DNA from: the human T2T-CHM13v2.0 reference genome, Homo sapiens
Assembly: GCF_009914755.1 (NCBI RefSeq)
Contig: NC_060931.1
DNA length: 64,000 bases
Strand: one strand, 5' to 3'
The notes under the pieces were generated by a model, which saw only the letters and a list, made by a program, of their open reading frames with translations, had not been told where the DNA came from and ran no database searches. Made by a program: the position numbers and the translations under genes. Positions 56,110 to 64,000 of this stretch are shown one piece after another; the stretch's first letter is position 1, and every line of letters begins with the position of its first letter.

Positions 56110-57314
56110 TCTAGGAATAAACAGAGAAAGAGAAGAAGGTGGCATTAACCTAAGTCAGAAAGGAAGATTCATTGAACCCTTGATGAAAAGGCTCCACTTT
56201 CCATTTCTGGAATGTTAGATTTCAGGAAGATTCATATCAATTATCTTGGGTAGAATTTTATCTATTCTTACCAACAGCCATTGAAATAAGTGCTCTTCTG
56301 CAATCAATCACGTATTCACTGACAAAACGCAACAGTTCTTCACTTAAGACTTCACAACCATTTGCTAAGTATGACTCAGAAATTATGGAAGCAAAAGAAC
56401 TTTGAAGGCATGCATTTGAACACAGTCCTACTGTCTTGCTGATAGCATCACTTGGTAATATCGACAACTACAGCCATCTTCAAAATTCCTGACAATATTA
56501 GAAACAACCACAGCAATGATACTGCTGTACACAAGACCAATTTGAGTAGACATGATGAATGAATTACCTATACAAGTATATGTTTACTGTTTCTATTTAG
56601 ACGCATACACAACAACCAACATCTCTGATCTTTTTAAAATCATTGTCATAATCATCACTATCATCTTATTATTCCATTATTTATTGATCTAACAAAGAGT
56701 GAATCCCAGAAGTAGAGCTAGCACACCTGTGATACATATCAAACACAATGATAAATTCGCATGTGCTAAAAATCCTCTAATCTTAGGATATGGTGAAGTC
56801 TTTACACTCACTCATAATAGGAAATGCTCACATTTGATGTGAATCAAAAATCCCAAGATATCATTAGAAAGACTCTCCTAGAACTTGAAGCCACCTGTGA
56901 CAGCCTAGTGTCAATATGGTCACTTGGCCAAAACACCCTTGAGAAAGTTTCAGTCCAAGCTCCAGGACGACCCACTTCCCAATGGCTACACCATATCATG
57001 GCTGCAGCAACTTGCCTGGCAGTTATTGAGCTCCATCTGCTGTGTTAGTGGTGTGTTATACTTCACATAAAAATGGTTGTAATGTCCTATGATCATAGGC
57101 TGATAATTTTTTTTCCAGAGGTAGTACTAGATTAGTTTAGGTGTTTCAACATTCTCTTTAGTGTGAACAATAAAACGTTTCATGTATATAAGGGGTTGAG
57201 ATTATTCTTTTCTCTAATTTATTTTCCTCATTGAAAAATATCTGAGATGATATCCTTGCCCGTGAATTTTTCTCCTTTTCTGTGGCATTGTATATGCTGT
57301 CTCTTATTAGTGTT

Positions 57315-57935
57315 TTTTTAAATTTATTTATTTTTAATTTTACTTTAAGTTCCAAGATACATGTGCAGAATGTGCAGGTTTGTTACACAGGTATACATGT
57401 GCCATGATGGTTTGCTGCACTTATTGACTGGTCCTCTAAGTTCCCTCCCCTTACCCCACACCCCTCAACAGGTCCTGGTGTGTGATGTTCCCCTCCCTGT
57501 GTCCATGTCTTCTCAATGTTCAACTCCCAGTTATGAGTGAGAACATGCGGTGTTTGGTTTCCTGTTCCTGTGTTAGTTTGCTGTGGATGATGGCCTCCAG
57601 CTTCACTCATGTCCCTGCAAAGGACATGATCTCATTCCTTGTTATGGTTGCCTAGTATTCCATTGTATATATGTACCAAATTTTCTTTATCCAGTCTATC
57701 ATTGATAAGCTTTTGGGTTGGTTCAATGGCTTTGCTATGTAATAGTGCTGCAATAAACCTATGTGTGCCTGTGTCTTTATATTAAAATAATTCATATTCC
57801 TTTGGGTATATACTCAGTAATGGGATGGCTGGATCAAATGGTATTTCTGGTTCTAGATCCTCAAGGAATCACCACACCGTTTTCCACAATGGTTGAACTA
57901 ATTTCCAGAATTTACAAGGAACTTAAACAAATTTA

Positions 57936-57968
<33 letters not shown>

Positions 57969-58207
57969 CCCCATCAAAAACTGGGCAAAGGATATGACAG
58001 ACACTTTTCAAAAGACATTTCTGCAGCCAACAAATATGAAAAAAAGCTCAACATCACTGATCATTAGAGAAATGCAAATCAAAACCACAGTGAGATACCA
58101 TCTCAAGCCAGTCAGAATGGCAATTATTAAAAAGTCAAGAAACAATAGATGCTGGCAAGACTGTGGAGAAATAAGAATGCTTTTACACTGTTGGTGGGAA
58201 TGTAAAT
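57315..58207 (-). mobile_element. 5'-inverted L1PA8A-like element
   Basis: 3' part on the minus strand (57315-~57903) and an inverted ORF2 segment on + (~57898-58207). CTAAT microhomology and a degenerate TSD AT(T/A)AGTGTT. Confidence 0.88.
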
Positions 58208-58409
58208 AAGTGTTGTTTTTAAAAATTGATGACTTTGGATTCCAACATATGGATGAAGCATATTTCACTTATCAATTAAAATTAATATTTTGAACCTTAA
58301 TTTTTTCCCTGAATCACAAGCCTAGATTAGCTACTCACCATCTCCAGCACTTTCTACAATATAAGATAAGGTGCTTTGTTCTTCCTCCTGAGGCTAAATT
58401 CTTATTATA

Positions 58410-58482
58410 TCAGATTGGTGCAAAAGTGATCATGGCTTTTGCCCTTAAAGTAAAAATCGCAGTTACTTTTGCACCAACCTAA
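58410..58482. mobile_element. MADE1 mariner MITE (hairpin)
   Basis: TTGGTGCAAAAGT...ACTTTTGCACCAA inverted repeats flanked by TA. Confidence 0.88.
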
Positions 58483-60479
58483 TACCTCATGAATGGTCAC
58501 GCAGAAAAGTTTCTACTGATTCTGAGGCTTTTCCTGCGCTTTTAATTGGGTGTGAATGGTAAAAGAAGCCAGTCTAGACTCATAGGTTTGCAAGTCTTTT
58601 CAGAGTTCTTTGAGTTGGGCACTGGTACATCAGTGCTACTATATCTTTCATAATGTACTCAAATGTCATTTAAAATTATTAGGTGTAAAGTAAACCAAAG
58701 TGGAAGTCTTTGAGCTTTCCCCAGAGGCTGGCTGAAAGCCTTCTTTCTGTCACTTTGGCAGAAACTTTTCATTTCAATTGTTTAAAAGGGCAAATTATTT
58801 TTTTGATTCAGAACTTTTAAATTACAATATATTTCTTTCCAAGTTAAAATTTACCTGCATTTTCAACAGTTACTTACAAATATCAGAAGTATTTAGGTTG
58901 TTGAGAATTAGATTACTGTGAGAATTTGGAAATTCTCATGGAGAACGCAGAACTCTTGAGAGAACTTTCTGCCCAAGCCATGGGATGCTCATCCATAGTC
59001 CTATGATACCTACAGCAAGAAGAGAGGCCAGAAGCACCTCAGAGCCCACTGGAGAAATATGATAACTTGGCAGAAATAGAAAGACTCTACCTTCTGTAAA
59101 TAATACAATAACACACATATACACACACATGCACACACAGAGTTATTCATGGCAAGGTGCTATCACTGGCAAGTTTTAACCTCAGCATTTCTAGTTTTAT
59201 ATTGTTAAACTCTTGTTTTCATCGTTATTTTCAAAAAGATTTCCTTAATCCAGTTCTATTCACTGATTTCAAGGAAAAAAACACACAGGCCATAATTTCC
59301 AAATCAAATAAAATTTTTAGTATAGAATAGTCTACTAAACAAGTCATTATAACTGAAATATGAGCTGACTGGAAAGAAGGAAAGGTAAGTACTAGATGGG
59401 AGTTGGAGAGAAAGTAGAATGGAAATACACTCTATCTGCCTCTAATGTTAATTTAGAATAATTAAGAACATTAAGAATTGAGTAAATGGTGGATTTCAGC
59501 ACTTAAATCTTCTATGAAATAAATGCACACAAGTCCATGTGTACAGTGGGTCACCTGTGTACAATACGTGTTCAACAACAGCTTTGAATTGAAGAACACT
59601 GTTCTTCTCAGCCTCTTCTCCCCTTCCTTCTATTTTGTTCATCATTCTACTTAAGCCTATATTTTGAGAGCTTAGATGTTTCTGGGTAGAGAAAATGAAT
59701 AAAGGTTATTTAAAAGAAGAGAGTAAAGAGTTTTAAAAATGCAATGATTAAATTTATCCAAAAATTCAAGTATGCCCAAAACAATACCCAACTAGCCTGC
59801 TGGTGCCTTGCTGTTGTAGTAAATACTTGAGTAACTAGTATACATAGGGGTAGATAACAGTTGCCCTTGCTTGTGATATTTGCATAGTTGATTGTTTATT
59901 TGTCCTTAGCACCAAGTGAGGGCAAAAGCTCTTCCTGTATGAAGTTTAACCCTACCTGTTCTCCAACAGACTGAGTGCCAAATGAGAGCAGAGGCAAAAA
60001 TATGGATTCTAAGGAAGTGATCAGGATCGTGGCATATTTTTTTTAATCTGGGGAAAATAAAATAGTGCGAGAATAAAGCCTTACTAAATTGACTCCATTC
60101 TTTTGAATAATTTACTTGTTTCTCACCCCCTTTTCCTACTGCAATCATTCTTGTACTTGCCCTAATAGACTTAATTGCATATTAACAATTAAGTTGAAGA
60201 CTACCATATTTGGGTGCTGGTGTCTGGAAATAATTGTTAAGTTATCTCAATGAAATCTGAAACTCAATGATTAAAAGACATTAAAGAAACCAACTTTAGG
60301 AGAATGTGTTTATCTATTAAATCTCAATCTCTTTTCTGGATAAATAGCTAATTAGGAAAAGAGAGCTCCCCTTTTCCTTAGTATTTTAAGGAGATCTAGA
60401 ATTTTCAAGATGGTAATATCTAAAGTAAATACAGGGAAAGGATGCTGGAAACTGTACTTTAGCGACCTATTTGGGGGAT

Positions 60480-60700
60480 TAATACAGGATCTGGAGGCAA
60501 AACCTTTGGCTCAAACTTCAGCTATACCACCTACTTTTTGAGTGTCCTTGAACAAATTACCAAATCACAACAGATTGAACTGTTTTGACATCTGCAAAAT
60601 GGGGGTGATTGTAACAATTACTTGAGAGACTTGTCATGAAGATTACAAGATACAGATATAGAAATAACCAGAATATTAATACAGTATTAGTTGCTGAATA
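60480..60700 (+). mobile_element. MIR
   Basis: CTGGAGGCAAAACC..CCTTGAACAAATTAC..ATCTGCAAAATGGGGGTGAT. Confidence 0.6.
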
Positions 60701-61429
60701 AAATTAGTGTACCCCTTTACTCTTATTACTTACTACAAAGAAGTGCTTTTTTTATTAAAAAAATAAGCATTATACTTTGTTTTATCTAGTATTATCCAAA
60801 AGCAAAACAAAACAAACAAAAAGGGACAGAGAGAGAGAGACATGATTTAATTGAGACCAACTAAAGTTGTGTTCAGCCTTATCAGGACACAAATTAAATC
60901 TGCCTTTACTTCTTCGAAGCTTAATAAGAACTCAAGGACCTTCATCCCCAGTATTTCTTTTGAGTTCGCTGAAGTCAAGAGGTCCAATGTTGCAATGTTG
61001 ATAATTAGGAAATATGTAAATGTAATTTAACTTGTATGAAATAAGAAAAAACATCTCACTTTGCAACTACATATTATACCCTTCATGTGATAAAACTATT
61101 ATGTCTCCCACTTTTTATTTAAAGTACCTAAGATTTTAAAATAGCTACTACTCATTACACTTTTTGCTAGTGGAAAACATCAGCAAAACATGGCATTAAA
61201 CAGAGGAATGAATAGTCATAATAAAAGATTGTCTCTGCCCTTTGTCAATACCTGGGGATGTGTAATTTACCAAAGAAGTGCTGGAAACAATCAGTTTTGA
61301 GAGTAGCCTCATATGAGAGTAAATGATTTGTGATGCTTCTGCATTATTTGTTTCACATTGCCAGATTGTTCTAGATATTGTGTGATTCAGTTGCATAAAC
61401 TCTCGTGAAATAGTAATTTTCTGACCTCT

Positions 61430-63640
61430 TTATTGTAAAACAAAACACAAGTTATAGAAAAACCACACAAACCCACTAAAGAGCTTAGCAAATTATTGTA
61501 AGATTTTTCCAGTCATGTGAGAAGGCTTTACATGTTTCCCATCCCAATGACAGTCTCATCCCTCCAAAAGTAACTCATATAGTAATTATTTATTTGTATT
61601 ATTTGAAGGTTTTATTCAAGGGTGCTTCCCTTGACTTGTCTAATTTTAATTTATTTTATTTTATTTTTAAACTGATACATCTTTCAATTTGCTTTTACTA
61701 TACAGGATTACCCTCCATCACTTTCTTTTTCTTGCTTTTTACTTTTACAAAGCCCAGGCCATTTAATCATTAGTATCCCATATTCCAGATTTTGATGATT
61801 GCAAATTCATGGTGCAATTCAATATTCTCTTCAGCTGCAAATTGGCAGTTGGATGCAGAGGCTTAATCAGACTCAGGTGCTATCCCTTTGGTAAGAATGT
61901 AAATAACATTGCATTCTTTCACCAGGAGCTACAAAATATTTGGGTTTTGCTCTTTTGTGATGTTAGCAGCCATTGGTACTTAATGAGTATGGATGGGGGT
62001 TGCAAAATGGTGATATTCTCATTCTAGTCTTTCATTTTCATACAATACTTAACATAATTCCATAAAGAAATGTTTTCCTTCATCTAATATTTTGTTCAGC
62101 TGTTTAAAGTTCATAAAGATATATAGGATAAATGCTTGATTCTTTCCTTTTATTTATCTAGTTTTCAAGATTATGAATTTGCTCTCTACTATCATTAAAA
62201 TACAGCCAATCACTTTTTCTTTTTTTAATGTTATTATAAATTCATGCATTTATTCATATTTGATAGGTTTTAAGCCATCACATTCTTTTTATCTTTATTG
62301 AAGCTCTAATTGTCCCATCTTTGAAGAATCTTTGTTTGTTCGTTTTGATAATAACAAATGATATTTTAAGACCAAAATCTGGGCACTAGGGATGCTCAGC
62401 TTCAATGAGTTTGTCTTTATTTCCAGCCCATTTTCTGTGAGCAGAGTGAGGAAAGGACAAAGGAAATGATAGAACTAAATATAAAATTAATGATTTGATT
62501 ATCTTACATTACATAAACATTAGTCTCATGGTAATAATATAAATATTAAACCCACCAATTATGAATTTTAAAAGCAGTTAAAATGATTTTACATAGATGA
62601 TCTCCTTTTGGCTCTCATTTTTATAGTTGCTTGACATCTATGTAATCAGACATTTTAGTCATTACATACTTACAGGGGCCAAGGGAAAATTTCCCCTTTG
62701 CCCTGTGAAGGTTACCTAAAAATCGCTGAGAAAAGGTAAATAAATAGGAGAAATGGCATATAAATTTATTTGATCACATTTTTACGTGACATGGGAGCAT
62801 TCAGAACGAAGACCCAAAGATTCAGGAGAAAAACTATCTATTTTTATGCCTAGGCTCAACAAAATATGGACAGCTGTGTAGAAGTATGATTAGGCAAAAG
62901 GTATAATCTAGTGCTAACAACAGGCTGAATGAGGAAACCAAGCAAGGCCGGCCTGTTTAGAGTCTTCTTGGTCTCTCTCTGTGTACCTTTGCTTTCTCTG
63001 CATGTGGGGCAGGGCCCTCTCTGGAATGGAGATCTTATGATTTATACTCAAACAAAGTACATCAGATAATTTCTTTATGGCCAGTTTTTACACAGAAAGG
63101 TGTAGGGAAGTTAGAATAATATCTTTAGGTTCTATGGCTAGTTTTGGGGAAAAAGAGTTCTGGTTTCTATGACATGCCTTGTGGAAGAGTTTCTATGACT
63201 ATTCAGAATCTATTTTACTTTCCCTTATAAATATAGTATTATTTTACCTGAGATGCCCAAGGGATTTTTTTCTTTAAAGTACAACAATTTTCCTAAAAAA
63301 TAACTAGGTGTTTTTCATTTTGGTTAAATATTTTCAGACAGTAATGAGATCTTTGCTTTGCTTATTTTCAATATTTGTCATTTTATCTCAAATCCTTTTT
63401 ATATTTTTTATTTAAAAGCAATTGCTTTTTTATCTTCAATTTATCTTAAGGTATTACTTGTGTTTATTCAATCTTGTGTCCCTTCTAGTTTAGTCTTCAT
63501 TTCTAAAATAGATTTCTTATCATTCTAATTCTTTCCCAGTTTTGTCACCTCATTGCTGAGTTTTCTAATTATAATTTGTGATGCTCTTTTACATTTTATA
63601 TTGTTTTCTTAGTGTTTTCTAACTCATTTTGAAACAGTAG
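61430..63640 (-). mobile_element. Old L1M fragments (antisense on +), interrupted by an ERV1 LTR
   Basis: T-rich, degraded L1-like sequence. Boundaries are approximate. Confidence 0.45.
62671..63200 (-). mobile_element. ERV1 MER4-group LTR fragment (LTR54/49-like)
   Basis: AGGGGCCAAGGGAAAATTTCCCCTTTGCCC..AAATTTATT is the reverse complement of an LTR 3' end with AATAAA. Confidence 0.6.
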
Positions 63641-63647
63641 GTTACTG

Positions 63648-64000
63648 TGTAGCAGGATGAGCCACAGACAAAACCCCTCAGACACCGAGATAGTGAAGGG
63701 AGTGGCTTTAATCAGCTGGGAGCATCAGCAGCCTAGCGTCTTAAAATCCGAGCTCCTCAGGTGCTCAACTTCTGTCCCTTTTAAGGGCTAACAACCCTAA
63801 GGGGGTCCACATGAGAGGGTCGTGATTGATTGAGCAAGCCAGGGGGTATGTGACGGGGCTGTGAGCACCGATGGACAGAGTGAAACAGAATAGAACGGGA
63901 GGTTTCACAAGGTCCTTCCATACAATGTCTGGAATCTATAGATAACAACAGTTGCTAGGTCAGGGGTGGAATTTTTACTACCAGGCTTAGGTCAGGCAGG
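63648..64000 (-). mobile_element. LTR2-family (probably LTR2B) HERV-E LTR, cut by the window end; likely the 3' LTR of HERV-E.PTN
   Basis: Reverse complement ends ...TCTGAGGGGTTTTGTCTGTGGCTCATCCTGCTACA as LTR2 does. TATA-like CCCTTAAAAGGG and ATTAAA (63707-63712) are present. No tRNA-Glu primer-binding site follows, so this is a 3' or solo LTR. It is in PTN orientation, 7.5 kb upstream of the ATG. Confidence 0.8.

Overview
Human/hominoid genomic DNA holding the complete coding region of pleiotrophin (PTN; 7q33 by established knowledge) on the minus strand. Four coding exons (56109-55995, 54773-54600, 52527-52366, 29209-29154) give 507 nt and 168 aa. All internal junctions are phase 1, the last intron is 23 kb, and the ~680-nt 3'UTR has three AATAAA signals. 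Bases 1-28.4 kb are repeat-rich downstream sequence. The window ends inside an LTR2-family (HERV-E) LTR oriented like PTN, consistent with the known HERV-E.PTN insertion. The rest is ordinary primate repeat content (Alu, L1, L2, MIR, MaLR/ERVL/ERVK LTRs, Tigger3, MER20, MER5, MER53, MADE1); subfamily names are from recalled consensus sequences and boundaries of old elements are approximate. No prokaryotic-type system is present. The best leads are several routes to swapping PTN's basic C-terminal tail (a 99-nt cassette exon, intronic polyadenylation, a circRNA-encoded 192-aa ORF), a 211-bp microhomology-templated duplication, and two twin-primed L1 inversions.
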